The translations under genes were made by a program, and so were the position numbers. A stretch of 64,000 nt of DNA from Geopsychrobacteraceae bacterium. GTDB taxonomy: Bacteria > Desulfobacterota > Desulfuromonadia > Desulfuromonadales > Geopsychrobacteraceae. The stretch covers positions 1,312,001 through 1,376,000 of the forward strand of contig OY759353.1 in NCBI GenBank assembly GCA_963662315.1, written 5' to 3'. The notes under the pieces were generated by a model, which was not told where the DNA came from, did no database searches, and was given only the letters and a program-made list of their open reading frames with translations. Positions 18,264 through 28,270 of this stretch are shown piece by piece. Each line of letters opens with the position of its first letter. Position 1 is the first letter of the stretch.

Positions 18264-19955
18264 ATGTCACCAATAAACCGGATAAACCGAAACATTCGCT
18301 CCCTGAAACGTTACCGTCAAGTATTGACCATTCTCATCAAGTATGGTTTTGGCCACATTGTCGATCAACTGAACATCGACTATTATTTGCGGCTCGGAAA
18401 ACGCATTGTTTCATTGGGAACGGCGTCAAAGGATATTGAGCGACTCACTCAGGGTGCCAGAGTCCGGCTGGCACTTGAAGAGCTAGGCCCGACGTTTATC
18501 AAACTGGGGCAGCTCCTGTCAACCCGTCCCGATCTGCTGTCCACAGAAGTTATTGAAGAACTGCAAAAACTGCAGGATCATATCCCTGGAGTACAGTACG
18601 AAGAAATAGCGGCTGTTATCCATCAGGAACTCGGCTATCCGATTGAGGAGCTTTTCCAGACCTTTGACAATCAACCTTTGGCAACAGCCAGCATTGCCCA
18701 AGTCCACCGCGCCACGTTGCCCAGCGGTGAGGAGGTCGTCTGCAAAGTCCGGAGGCCGGGAATTGAAAGCATCATCATGACCGATATGGACATTATGATG
18801 GGTCTGGCCTACCTGATTGAAAAACACTTACCAGGTGGAGATGTTTATGATCCGATTGGCCTGGTCAAAGAGTTCCGCCGGGCCATTAACCGCGAACTTG
18901 ATTTTACCAGCGAAGGACGTACCACTGACCGCTTCTTGCTGAATTTTCAAAATGACACCAGTGTTAAAATTCCTAAGGTATTCTGGAGTTTTACGGGAAG
19001 AGCTGTTCTCACTTTGGAATATCTCGACGGGATTAAAATATCGGACCTCAAAACCCTCAATGAGCTTGGTTACGATCAGAAGAAAATTGCCCAGCGAGGA
19101 GCCGATAACTTTCTTAAACAGGTCTTTATTCATGGCTTGTTTCACGCTGATCCCCACCCCGGCAATCTGAAGGTCTTGCCCGACAATGTCATTGGAATTC
19201 TCGATTTCGGCATGGTTGGCAGGTTGGATGAAGACACCAAGTACCAGTTGACAGAGTTGCTGTTATCGATACTTCGCCGCGATGTTGATCATATTATTTC
19301 GCAACTGGTTTACTCCGGTGATCTGCACGATGAACAAAATTTGCGCGGATTAAAACGTGACCTGACCGAGTTTATCGACGATTACTATGACATTCTTCTG
19401 GAAGATTTGAAGGTCGGCAAGCTGCTTATCGACTTTATTGATATTCTTACTGAATATCAGATTAAATTCCCTGCCAACCTGATGTTATTATCACGCGCAT
19501 TAATCGCTATGGAAGGTTTGGGCCGGCAACTCGACCCGGATTTCAATATGGTCGATCAACTCAAACCCTTTGCGGAAAATATCGTAAAAGAAAAGTTTTC
19601 AGCAGGTTATATCGGCAAGGAATTGACCAAGGTCATCCAGTCCTACCAGGCGCTCGGGAAAAGTCTACCTCTCGACATTAAAGAATTCATCAATCGGATC
19701 AATCGAAACAAATTCAAACTGGATCTCGAGCACCGCGGCCTGGAAAGCCTCATCCTTAATCTTGACAAGTCAAGTAACCGCATTTCTTTCAGTCTGATTA
19801 TTGCCGCCTTAATCGTCGGATCCTCTCTGATTATCCAGATAGACAAAGGGCCCATGCTGTTTGGATTTCCTGTGCTTGGTCTGCTCGGCTATACCGTGGC
19901 CGGCCTGCTCGGCTTTGGCCTGGCCATAGCCATTTTACGTTCGGGTCGTCTTTAA
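18264..19955 (+). CDS. AarF/ABC1/UbiB family atypical kinase
   Basis: LEELGPTFIKLGQ, ASIAQVHRA, KVRRP, ELDF, FHADPHPGN, LDFGMVG; two C-terminal TM helices. Confidence 0.93.
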   Translation: MSPINRINRNIRSLKRYRQVLTILIKYGFGHIVDQLNIDYYLRLGKRIVSLGTASKDIERLTQGARVRLALEELGPTFIKLGQLLSTRPDLLSTEVIEELQKLQDHIPGVQYEEIAAVIHQELGYPIEELFQTFDNQPLATASIAQVHRATLPSGEEVVCKVRRPGIESIIMTDMDIMMGLAYLIEKHLPGGDVYDPIGLVKEFRRAINRELDFTSEGRTTDRFLLNFQNDTSVKIPKVFWSFTGRAVLTLEYLDGIKISDLKTLNELGYDQKKIAQRGADNFLKQVFIHGLFHADPHPGNLKVLPDNVIGILDFGMVGRLDEDTKYQLTELLLSILRRDVDHIISQLVYSGDLHDEQNLRGLKRDLTEFIDDYYDILLEDLKVGKLLIDFIDILTEYQIKFPANLMLLSRALIAMEGLGRQLDPDFNMVDQLKPFAENIVKEKFSAGYIGKELTKVIQSYQALGKSLPLDIKEFINRINRNKFKLDLEHRGLESLILNLDKSSNRISFSLIIAALIVGSSLIIQIDKGPMLFGFPVLGLLGYTVAGLLGFGLAIAILRSGRL

Positions 19956-19982
19956 TCCCCTCTTACAACCCAATCCCCTGTG

Positions 19983-20031
19983 GTGTGTACGGCACACACT
20001 CTCATCATTTTCGTGTAGCAGTTGCAACACG
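19983..20031. promoter_or_regulatory. Tandem palindromic enhancer (bEBP) sites upstream of lpxC
   Basis: GTGTGT-N5-ACACAC (19983-19999) and CGTGT-N10-ACACG (20012-20031), 70-120 bp upstream of a sigma54 motif. Confidence 0.5.
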
Positions 20032-20099
20032 GCCCTTTCAAAACGCAGCCGTCTTATAATTTCCCGAACAATATTGGATCCTTACATGAAATAAATTAT

Positions 20100-20115
20100 T
20101 GGCAAGCGATTTGCA
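20100..20115 (+). promoter_or_regulatory. sigma54 promoter of lpxC
   Basis: TGGCAAGCGATTTGCA, i.e. GG-N10-GC with a TTGCA -12 element. Confidence 0.75.
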
Positions 20116-20165
20116 TATTGAAATTTTCACAATATACCTCGCTTTATAAATAGATCGGAAAAACC

Positions 20166-21095
20166 ATGATTCTTCAAAAGACCATCGCCAAGGTAACAAC
20201 AATTTCTGGAATCGGGCTCCATTCAGGGGCACGTATTGATATGAAACTTCGCCCAGCAGGGGAAAACACAGGGATCGTTTTTCACCGTACGGATGGCGAG
20301 CAGGTTGTTGACATCAAAGCCTGTTCGGAAAATGTTGTTGATACACGCATGGCGACTGTTATCGGCCGCCAGGGATTATCGGTCTCGACGATAGAACATT
20401 TCATGGCCGCCCTGGCCGCTTTTGGTATCGACAATCTGCATGTCGACATCAATGGCCCGGAAGTTCCAGTTCTTGATGGCAGCGCAGCACCCTTTATCCG
20501 TGAAATCCAACAGGCAGGTGTCACCTCGTTGAACGCCAGTCGCAAATTTATTGCGATTCGCAAACCACTTGAAATCATAGAAGGCGAAAAACGGATCAGC
20601 ATCATTCCGTCCCGTTTCTTCCGCATTTCATTCGATATAGCATTTGATCATGCTGCGATCGGGGTCCAGAATTACAGCCTCAAATTTTCTACCGAAAGTT
20701 TCTGTAAAGAAGTTGCGGCAGCAAGGACCTTTGGCTTCCTTCATGAGGTTGAGTATCTGAAAGCGAACGGTCTGGCTCGTGGAGGATCTCTTGACAACGC
20801 TGTCGTTATTGATGACAACGGCATCATGAATCCCGAAGGGTTACGCTACAGCAATGAGTTTGTACGCCATAAAATACTTGATGCCTGCGGTGATTTCAGC
20901 CTGATCGGATCCCCAATTTTAGGACATATCAAAGCATTTAAAGCCGGTCATGACCTCAATGCAAAAATGGTCAGAAAAATTGAAGAGAACCCTAACTGCT
21001 GGACGTACGTTGAATTCAACGAGCAGGCGCTCAAAGAAGCTCAACGTGGCAATGTCAAAGCTTACGCCGGTGATCTAGCGTGGCACAAAGCTTAA
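20166..21095 (+). CDS. lpxC: UDP-3-O-acyl-GlcNAc deacetylase
   Basis: GIGLHSG, STIEHFMAA, EVPVLDGSA, ARTFGF, RHKILD, KAGH. Confidence 0.97.
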   Translation: MILQKTIAKVTTISGIGLHSGARIDMKLRPAGENTGIVFHRTDGEQVVDIKACSENVVDTRMATVIGRQGLSVSTIEHFMAALAAFGIDNLHVDINGPEVPVLDGSAAPFIREIQQAGVTSLNASRKFIAIRKPLEIIEGEKRISIIPSRFFRISFDIAFDHAAIGVQNYSLKFSTESFCKEVAAARTFGFLHEVEYLKANGLARGGSLDNAVVIDDNGIMNPEGLRYSNEFVRHKILDACGDFSLIGSPILGHIKAFKAGHDLNAKMVRKIEENPNCWTYVEFNEQALKEAQRGNVKAYAGDLAWHKA

Positions 21096-21109
21096 CGGCG
21101 ATAAACTAA

Positions 21110-21153
21110 ATAAAAACAAAAAAGCAGCCCTATGGCTGCTTTTTTGTTTTTAT
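21110..21153 (+). terminator. Intrinsic terminator after lpxC
   Basis: Perfect 20-bp inverted repeat around GCAGCC-ctat-GGCTGC, with T-run. Confidence 0.85.
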
Positions 21154-21287
21154 CTCCTTTTACTTTCAGTCATACTGCTGAAACCATTAGGTCATCCGTT
21201 TTTTTCAGCTAAAATAGCATCATAACTAAGTCTTCTTTAGTCGATACTCAATTTTACCATTATTTGTCTTCAGGCTGACGATTGGCA

Positions 21288-23510
21288 ATGAATACAGAAA
21301 AAATAAAGGATCCGTCTAAACGGAGAAGAAAGGAACTTCTTCTAACCGTTTTTGCCGCCATCCTGATTATCATCATTCCGCAATTTGAAGATCAACTGTT
21401 CAAATTGACGACGCAATTACCTATCAGTAACAGCATTATCGCCCTTGCGGTGATTAACATCAATATCCTTCTGGTTCTGCTCTTCCTGTTCCTGATCTTC
21501 AGAAATGTCTTCAAACTGGTTCTGGAACGAAAACGCGGCGTCCCAGGCTCCAGGCTCAGAAGTAAACTTGTCGGCGCCTTTATCGCCCTGTCACTTATCC
21601 CGACCATGCTGCTGTTTTTTGTCTCGGCCGGATTCATTAGCAACAGCATCGACAGTTGGTTTAACAATCAGGTTGAACAGGCGTTAGATGAATCCCTCGA
21701 AGTCGCGCAAACCTACTACCAGAATTCTGAAACCAATGCGCTGTATTATGCGGATCAGCTAAGCCGTATCATTAAGGAAGAAAAATTACTCAACGAAGCC
21801 AATCTCCCCAAACTCAAAAAACTGATTGTTGCCAAACAGGAAGAGTATAATCTTGGTATTGTTGAAGTTTTCTCTGCAACTCATGAAGAACTGGTGCGTG
21901 TCGCCAACCCCAAAATTCCCATAATCGATATTACCGAAGCCACCTCGGACCCGGTGCGTGAAGGATTACAGGGCATCCGTTTTTCGCAAATATCACCTGT
22001 CGGCAAAGCTGACCTTATTCGCGGTATTGTGCCGGTGCAGTCCAACTGGAATGCCAAAGATATTGTCGGAGTTGTGGTGGTTAACTATTATGTCCCCTAC
22101 TCCCTGATTAACAAGATGAAGGAAATTGCATCATCTGTTGACCAGTACAAATTGACTAAGTCCATCAAAGGACAGATTCAACAAAGCTATGTGATTGTTC
22201 TGCTGCTGATCTCGTTGATCATCATTTTCCTGTCTACCTGGTTCGGCTTTCATCTTGCCCGCGGCATTACTGTACCAATCCAGGATCTTGCAGATGCGAC
22301 ATCGCGGGTTGCTTCCGGTGACCTGGATATTAAACTGGAAACGACCAGTACCGATGAAATCGGCACCCTGGTCAGCGCCTTCAACAAAATGACCGATGAT
22401 CTGCGGCGCAGCCGTCAGGAAATCAGTTTTGCCAATGAAGAATTGCAGCTTTCAAACCTTGAGCTGGACAGCCGCCGCAACTACATGGAAATCGTTCTGG
22501 CCAACGTTACCGCCGGGGTCATTTCTATTGACCGCAACGGAAAACTGACAACCATCAATAAATCCGCAGAAAACCTTCTACAATTTAAAGCAGGTCAGGT
22601 CCTGGGACAGGATTTCCGTTCGGTCATACCGGTACAGTACCAACCTAAAATAATGGATTTATTTAGAGAGCTATTTTATTCAGAAAAAGGTACGGTAAGA
22701 CAGCAACTGACGATCCCCATAGGTGCTGAAAAATATACTCTGATGATCAACCTGACAACCCTTAAGGACAATCAGAGCCATTTCCTTGGCACGGTTATCG
22801 TTTTTGACGACTTAACACAATTATACAAAGCTCAAAGAATGGCCGCATGGCGAGAAGTTGCAAGACGCATCGCCCATGAAATCAAAAATCCGTTAACCCC
22901 TATTCAATTGTCGGCTCAGCGGCTAAGAAGGCGCTATCTCAGTCGTTTTAGCAGCGAAGACAAAGTTTTTGATGAATGCACCCAGATGATTAGCCAACAG
23001 GTTGATGACCTGAAAAATCTGGTCAACGAATTTTCAAATTTTGCCCGCATGCCGGCCACCAAACCGACCGAAAACAATTTGAACGACGTTATTAATGAAT
23101 GCCTTCCACTCTACCGGGAAGGTCATAAAAATATTGCCTTTGAACATCATCTGTATCCTGAGTTACCAACAACTAAATTTGACCGGGAACAGATTAAACG
23201 AGTCGTCATAAACCTGCTGGAAAATTCAGTGGCAGCAGTCGCAGATGAAGGAACAATTACAGTTGAAACAGACTATAATGCCGAACTGCAGATTGTCTCC
23301 GTTTCGGTCGCGGATACCGGCTGCGGGGTCCCTCCTGAAGATAAAAGTCGCCTGTTTGAACCATACTTTTCTACCAAAAAAACCGGAACGGGGCTAGGAC
23401 TGGCCATTGTTTCCACCATCATTACCGATCATGGTGGCTACATACGCGTCAGAGACAACAAGCCGACTGGAACCGTTTTTACTATTGAACTACCAACCAC
23501 ATCAGCATAA
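21288..23510 (+). CDS. ntrY: NtrY-like sensor histidine kinase (TM, HAMP, PAS, HisKA, HATPase)
   Basis: AAWREVARRIAHEIKNPLTPIQLSA, FEPYFSTK, GTGLGL; NtrY-type N-terminal TM region. Confidence 0.85.
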   Translation: MNTEKIKDPSKRRRKELLLTVFAAILIIIIPQFEDQLFKLTTQLPISNSIIALAVININILLVLLFLFLIFRNVFKLVLERKRGVPGSRLRSKLVGAFIALSLIPTMLLFFVSAGFISNSIDSWFNNQVEQALDESLEVAQTYYQNSETNALYYADQLSRIIKEEKLLNEANLPKLKKLIVAKQEEYNLGIVEVFSATHEELVRVANPKIPIIDITEATSDPVREGLQGIRFSQISPVGKADLIRGIVPVQSNWNAKDIVGVVVVNYYVPYSLINKMKEIASSVDQYKLTKSIKGQIQQSYVIVLLLISLIIIFLSTWFGFHLARGITVPIQDLADATSRVASGDLDIKLETTSTDEIGTLVSAFNKMTDDLRRSRQEISFANEELQLSNLELDSRRNYMEIVLANVTAGVISIDRNGKLTTINKSAENLLQFKAGQVLGQDFRSVIPVQYQPKIMDLFRELFYSEKGTVRQQLTIPIGAEKYTLMINLTTLKDNQSHFLGTVIVFDDLTQLYKAQRMAAWREVARRIAHEIKNPLTPIQLSAQRLRRRYLSRFSSEDKVFDECTQMISQQVDDLKNLVNEFSNFARMPATKPTENNLNDVINECLPLYREGHKNIAFEHHLYPELPTTKFDREQIKRVVINLLENSVAAVADEGTITVETDYNAELQIVSVSVADTGCGVPPEDKSRLFEPYFSTKKTGTGLGLAIVSTIITDHGGYIRVRDNKPTGTVFTIELPTTSA

Positions 23511-23534
23511 TAACCGCTATAAGAGGGCGTTTTA

Positions 23535-24908
23535 ATGAAGCATGTTTTGATTGTAGATGATGAAGCGAGCATCAGACAAAGTCTTGAGGGGATTCTTGAA
23601 GACGAAGGATTCAGGACATCATTTGCAGCCACAGGGGAAGAGTGCCTCAACGTCATTCAGGCAGAAGATCCTGATTTGGTTCTGCTCGATATCTGGATGC
23701 CGGGAATTGATGGTCTGGAAACCTTAAAAGCTATCAAGCAGAAAAGGCCTGATCAGCTCGTGGTCATGATGAGCGGCCATGGTACTATTGAAACAGCCGT
23801 TAAAGCCACCCGGTTAGGCGCCTATGATTTCATAGAGAAACCTCTTTCCCTGGAAAAAGTTCTGCTCTCTATTCAGAACGGTCTGAAAATAGGCGACCTG
23901 GTCGCAGAAAATACCGCCCTGAGGCAGAAGATCAATAAAGAATACCAGATGATTGGCGCCAGCCCGGCTGTAGAACGCCTTAAACAACAAATCAAAGTCG
24001 CCGCCCCTAGTTCCGGCTGGGTACTGATTACCGGAGAAAATGGTACCGGCAAAGAATTGGTTGCCAGAGCAATCCATAATCAGTCTAACCGTAACGATAA
24101 ACCGTTCATTGAGGTCAACTGCGCCGCCATTCCTGAAGAGCTTATCGAATCAGAGCTGTTCGGACACGAAAAAGGTGCATTTACAGGAGCTACTGCGGCC
24201 AGGAAAGGCAAATTTGATTTGGCCAATACCGGCACCCTGTTTCTCGATGAAATAGGTGATATGAGCCTTAAAACCCAGGCAAAGATTCTTCGCATCCTTC
24301 AGGAGCGTAAATTTGAACGTGTCGGTGGCAGCCGCACTATCGAGGTTGACGTTCGTGTTATTGCCGCTACCAATAAAAATCTAAGAGAAGAGATAGAGTT
24401 GGGTAATTTCAGGGAAGATTTATATTTCAGGCTAAACGTTCTTCCCTTTGTTGTCCCGCCACTGCGCAGTCGCAAAGAAGATATTCCTCGCCTGTGTAAA
24501 CACTTTCTTCATTATTTCTGTGGAAAAGAAAGCAGAGAAATCAAAACCATTTCCAGTGAGGCCATGCAAGCCCTTGTACAGTACCGCTGGCCAGGGAATA
24601 TCCGCGAGCTGAAAAACCTTATTGAACGGCTGGTCATCATGACTCCTGACCTTGAAATAACACTAGAAGATATTCCCCATGAAATACTGAAAGTACATAA
24701 TACTGCTGAAAGCAGCTCCTCAGCAGAAATGGTAGATGAAATGCCTGACTCCTACCGTGATGCTAAAGAAATGTTTGAAAAACAATTCTTGCTTGAGAAG
24801 CTAAGGAAAAACAACTGGAATGTATCAAGAACGGCAGAGGAGATTGGACTCGAGCGCTCAAACCTCCATCGTAAAATCAAAGCTTACGGGATAGAGTCTG
24901 AAGTGTAA
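23535..24908 (+). CDS. ntrX: NtrX-like sigma54-dependent response regulator
   Basis: REC domain (LDIWMPG), GENGTGKE, intact GAFTGA, FIS-type HTH; follows the NtrY-like kinase. Confidence 0.88.
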   Translation: MKHVLIVDDEASIRQSLEGILEDEGFRTSFAATGEECLNVIQAEDPDLVLLDIWMPGIDGLETLKAIKQKRPDQLVVMMSGHGTIETAVKATRLGAYDFIEKPLSLEKVLLSIQNGLKIGDLVAENTALRQKINKEYQMIGASPAVERLKQQIKVAAPSSGWVLITGENGTGKELVARAIHNQSNRNDKPFIEVNCAAIPEELIESELFGHEKGAFTGATAARKGKFDLANTGTLFLDEIGDMSLKTQAKILRILQERKFERVGGSRTIEVDVRVIAATNKNLREEIELGNFREDLYFRLNVLPFVVPPLRSRKEDIPRLCKHFLHYFCGKESREIKTISSEAMQALVQYRWPGNIRELKNLIERLVIMTPDLEITLEDIPHEILKVHNTAESSSSAEMVDEMPDSYRDAKEMFEKQFLLEKLRKNNWNVSRTAEEIGLERSNLHRKIKAYGIESEV

Positions 24909-24944
24909 TTAGTCGGCCCTGAAAAAATTAGTCTGATTCAATTG

Positions 24945-24986
24945 AAAAAAACAACACCCAACAACCTCAGGTTGTTGGGTGTTGTT
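24945..24986. terminator. Bidirectional terminator between ntrX and tRNA-Leu
   Basis: Perfect 17-bp inverted repeat AACAACACCCAACAACC / GGTTGTTGGGTGTTGTT plus an A-run. Confidence 0.8.
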
Positions 24987-24995
24987 ATATCAAGA

Positions 24996-25082
24996 TGGTA
25001 CCCGGGACGAGACTTGAACTCGTACAGCACGAATGCCGAGGGATTTTAAGTCCCTTGCGTCTACCAATTCCGCCACCCGGGC
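24996..25082 (-). tRNA. tRNA-Leu (anticodon TAA)
   Basis: GCCCGGGTGGCGGAATTGGTAGACGC-AGGGA CT TAA AA TCCCT, long variable arm, GAGTTCAAGTCTC, ends CCCGGGTACCA (encoded CCA); 87 nt. Confidence 0.97.
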
Positions 25083-25092
25083 TTATAACGCA

Positions 25093-25132
25093 AATGTCGC
25101 GATCTGTCGCTTTTCTCACAGACCGCGACATT
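25093..25132 (-). other. Hairpin between the lipoprotein gene and the tRNA (terminator or processing signal)
   Basis: AATGTCGCG-ATCTGT...ACAGAC-CGCGACATT stem; no clear U-tract. Confidence 0.45.
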
Positions 25133-25149
25133 ATAGTCATTTAAACCGA

Positions 25150-27198
25150 TTAGTCAACAGTTACAAGGTATGAAACTGAATAATTATCACCTTTGTAAGT
25201 CCAAGAAAATTTCAAGGTTCCCCTTGCTGGAGCATTCGTGTCTCCTACTGCGCTATCAGAGAGAATAAAAGTATAAATTGGAGCTCCGATTACGTTTGTA
25301 TCTAGATAATCAGTATTTGTAGTCCCTGTTAGCTTCCCTACGTCACAAGTGACCGTAATTTTAGTTCCTGAAATTGGTGGATTGTAGCGTGCATCATGCA
25401 GCGAAAAATTAATGACCTGCGATCCACCATCAGAAATATAGAGAAAACCAAGAGGAAGACCATTGGAACCGACACTTAATACAGGCTCCCCCGTATACAG
25501 GATATCAAGGTATTGAGAAATGCGTTTATTACTATCCCAAACATTATTCATACCGTCAAAAGTACCATCCTGGTTACGGTCGACAATTAGATCCTCAAAA
25601 CTTGCATCATACGGAAATCCGGCAGTCTCAGTACCATATGCGATACTTTGGGAATCATCATCCATATCGAGATGAATGTCATCATAGGTATCGTCGAAAG
25701 ATTCTCCACTATTGTACAAGCCGTCGGCATTAGAGTCCGTGAACTCCTCCTCACCGTCGACAACAGCTACCAGAGTACACAAACCGTCTCTAGGATTATT
25801 TGTATCGTCAATAACTTCATTAAAATAACTCAAATAATCAGATATTACATCTTGTTCTCTTTCGATGATAGCAGTTGACACCAAAGAAGGAACAACATCT
25901 TCAGGCATAGGTTGCTGAGTTCTAAATTGAACACTTCCTTCACCTTCAGAATCAAGATTTACTGCCCGGTCGATAGCACCACACTCACTATAGAAAGAGA
26001 CTGAAGTTCCCTCTAATACGTTAAAGTTCCCGTAACGATCTGCAATACGGGCTGTTATGCTTGCAGTGATACCAGCATAGTCAAACCCTTCAAGATTAAG
26101 CTTGGTAGTGGAAACAGAAAAGTGACCTTCAGATGGCACACCGCCTCCAATAGCAATAACGCCACTGGAGGTAGACAGCGTCGTGCCGGTAACTGTGGCA
26201 TTGATAGTAACGGTTCCCGGGATAGTTCCACTATGAAGAACAGTTGTTGCGTAGCCATTGACTGTCCCGACATCAACAGCAGTGGCACCGACTGTAGAAC
26301 CTATGTATTCGCCGCCATTAGGACCACTCAAAGTCATATGGACAGTTTGACTACCAAGAACTGGGTCGCCATTGGTATCTTTTACCAGAAACTTGACTAC
26401 AGAGGTCTCATCACCACCAGAACCCTTGATAACAACAATTTGAGGAGTGGCTGAATCGAACTCAATACTTCCCGCATCAGCCCCTGTTACAATTACGGCA
26501 ATAGTATTAGTAGCTGAACCAGAGGTCGCAGTAACAGTTGCAGTACCAGCAGTTGTTGTACCTGCAGAAAAGGTTGCTTGTGCTTGACCACTTGTCCCAG
26601 AAACCGAAGCCGAAGTAACGATCGTTCCAAGATTACTGTTATCTACGGAAAAGTTCACATTTGTACCGGATTGCATCGGGTTATTGTTACTATCCACAAC
26701 TGTAGCAGTTACAACAGATGTACCACCTACAGTAATAGTCGATGGATTAGCGACAAGAGTGATGCTGTTGGCAGCAAGAGCGTTGGATATCTCAATGGCA
26801 AGGGGATTAGAAGAAATAGAATCCTCTGCTACAGTAGCAGTTACCGTAAGAGTCCCCTCAATATTATTAGCGGCCAGAGTGGTATTCAATATGCCACTAG
26901 AGGTAGTAATGGGAGATCCAATGGCCCCAAGAGACGGCGCACTTAGTGTAAAATCAACCGTTTTACTCGACGAAATTAATTGGCCACTACTGTTTAATAA
27001 CCGAGCAGTAATAGTAACAGAATCCCCTGTTCCAATAGTCGCAGCGGCAGTAGATAACGCGATATAACTCACAGCTACAGAATCCCCCGTATTACTAGGG
27101 GTATCAGGATCATCCGAAGAGCTCGACCCACTCTGCTGCCCACAGCCAACCAACGCCACCAACATTACAACCAGAAATATTTTAATAAGCTTTACCAC
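25150..27198 (-). CDS. Surface lipoprotein with tandem bacterial Ig-like (Big_1/invasin-type) domains
   Basis: GTG start after GGAGG; lipobox LVGC; Ser-rich linker; repeated T/V-rich beta units (VTATVVDSNNNP, VKFLVKDTNGDP, ITARIADRYGN); DxNxDG loops. Confidence 0.8.
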   Translation of the reverse strand: MVKLIKIFLVVMLVALVGCGQQSGSSSSDDPDTPSNTGDSVAVSYIALSTAAATIGTGDSVTITARLLNSSGQLISSSKTVDFTLSAPSLGAIGSPITTSSGILNTTLAANNIEGTLTVTATVAEDSISSNPLAIEISNALAANSITLVANPSTITVGGTSVVTATVVDSNNNPMQSGTNVNFSVDNSNLGTIVTSASVSGTSGQAQATFSAGTTTAGTATVTATSGSATNTIAVIVTGADAGSIEFDSATPQIVVIKGSGGDETSVVKFLVKDTNGDPVLGSQTVHMTLSGPNGGEYIGSTVGATAVDVGTVNGYATTVLHSGTIPGTVTINATVTGTTLSTSSGVIAIGGGVPSEGHFSVSTTKLNLEGFDYAGITASITARIADRYGNFNVLEGTSVSFYSECGAIDRAVNLDSEGEGSVQFRTQQPMPEDVVPSLVSTAIIEREQDVISDYLSYFNEVIDDTNNPRDGLCTLVAVVDGEEEFTDSNADGLYNSGESFDDTYDDIHLDMDDDSQSIAYGTETAGFPYDASFEDLIVDRNQDGTFDGMNNVWDSNKRISQYLDILYTGEPVLSVGSNGLPLGFLYISDGGSQVINFSLHDARYNPPISGTKITVTCDVGKLTGTTNTDYLDTNVIGAPIYTFILSDSAVGDTNAPARGTLKFSWTYKGDNYSVSYLVTVD

Positions 27199-27384
27199 GA
27201 AAAACCCTCCCTTCGGTTTATATCCACCTGAAAACTTCACACATTCTAATAAAACACTATTTATAAAGCTACATAATTTTTATAATTTTAATCCTGAAAA
27301 TAAGGATTATCGTACTGTTACCTTGCAAAGATAAAAAGTTCACCTTTTACCGTCGTGAAAACGACTGTTTACAGGTTCTTGGTT

Positions 27385-28212
27385 TTAAAGAAAACTCAGT
27401 TCGGGCTTTTCATTCAGCAGTCCATGCTTACAGCTAAGAGAAAAAAACAATTCTAGCCCCTTTTGATGATCTGGACCTAGGGAGTAATCGATACCTCGCC
27501 AATAGCCAGCACAATAATCTATCTCAGTACCTGTGAAGCCAGCCTCAATTGCAAGGTTTCGTAGATCTTCCAGAGATCGGCTTAAAGCCTGATGTAATTG
27601 TCCTTTGGCTGATTCAAGCTGTGCAGCTTTCTGTTGGGCACTGTCACGGCGCACTATCCACAGGGCAAAAACAAAGGGCAGACCAGTTTTTTCATACCAC
27701 ATTTGCCCCAGATCATAAATCTGCATTCCCTCAGGCAGGCTTCGAGCCTGAGCCATAGCACGATCACCGATAAGCAGGCCAGGCTTACCGGCGGCAATCT
27801 CTGCCTCTACCGAAGCGTCAGGAATCTCATCATGGACAGTCTGGTGTCCATAATATTCGAGCAATAAAACCCTTAGCAGGTTTACTGAGGTGGCTGATTC
27901 CCTGGTTAAAGCAATTGTTCTACCGACTAGTTGCTCGGGGGGAGCAGGACTAAAAAGTAAAACACTATTGACAGGTCCGCTTGAAGAAATAGAAAAATCT
28001 GGAAGCAGGCAGTACTTGTCTGCATGCAGGGCATATTCAAAAGAAGATGACGGACTGGCATCAAGCTCCCCTAGTTGCAGCATGCGGTTTAAAGAAGAAG
28101 GGACACCTGCAACGAGGCGTCCCTTATATCCCTGATTTCTTAAGTACTGAAAAAAAGGTACACAGTTTAAATAAGAAATATATCCAAGTATCAGCTGCTC
28201 AGTAGAGGTCAT
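27385..28212 (-). CDS. mqnA: Chorismate dehydratase (futalosine menaquinone pathway)
   Basis: GYISYLNC, SVLLFS, ESATSVNL, LLIGDRA, DLGQMW...TGLPFVFALW. Confidence 0.9.
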   Translation of the reverse strand: MTSTEQLILGYISYLNCVPFFQYLRNQGYKGRLVAGVPSSLNRMLQLGELDASPSSSFEYALHADKYCLLPDFSISSSGPVNSVLLFSPAPPEQLVGRTIALTRESATSVNLLRVLLLEYYGHQTVHDEIPDASVEAEIAAGKPGLLIGDRAMAQARSLPEGMQIYDLGQMWYEKTGLPFVFALWIVRRDSAQQKAAQLESAKGQLHQALSRSLEDLRNLAIEAGFTGTEIDYCAGYWRGIDYSLGPDHQKGLELFFSLSCKHGLLNEKPELSFL

Positions 28213-28270
28213 TACTTAACTCGTCAAATCTGGTCAGAACAAACAGCTACAATTTCCTCAACCGGTAAAG

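Noticed and set aside
8987..24986. Long perfect inverted repeats (8987, 21110, 24950) as a MITE/REP family
   Set aside because: They are unrelated in sequence and each sits at a gene 3' end, so they are best explained as terminators.
24996..25082. tRNA-Leu as an integration site for the Ig-lipoprotein gene
   Set aside because: The gene lies 5' of the tRNA; no duplicated tRNA 3' end or integrase was seen, and a terminator follows the tRNA directly.
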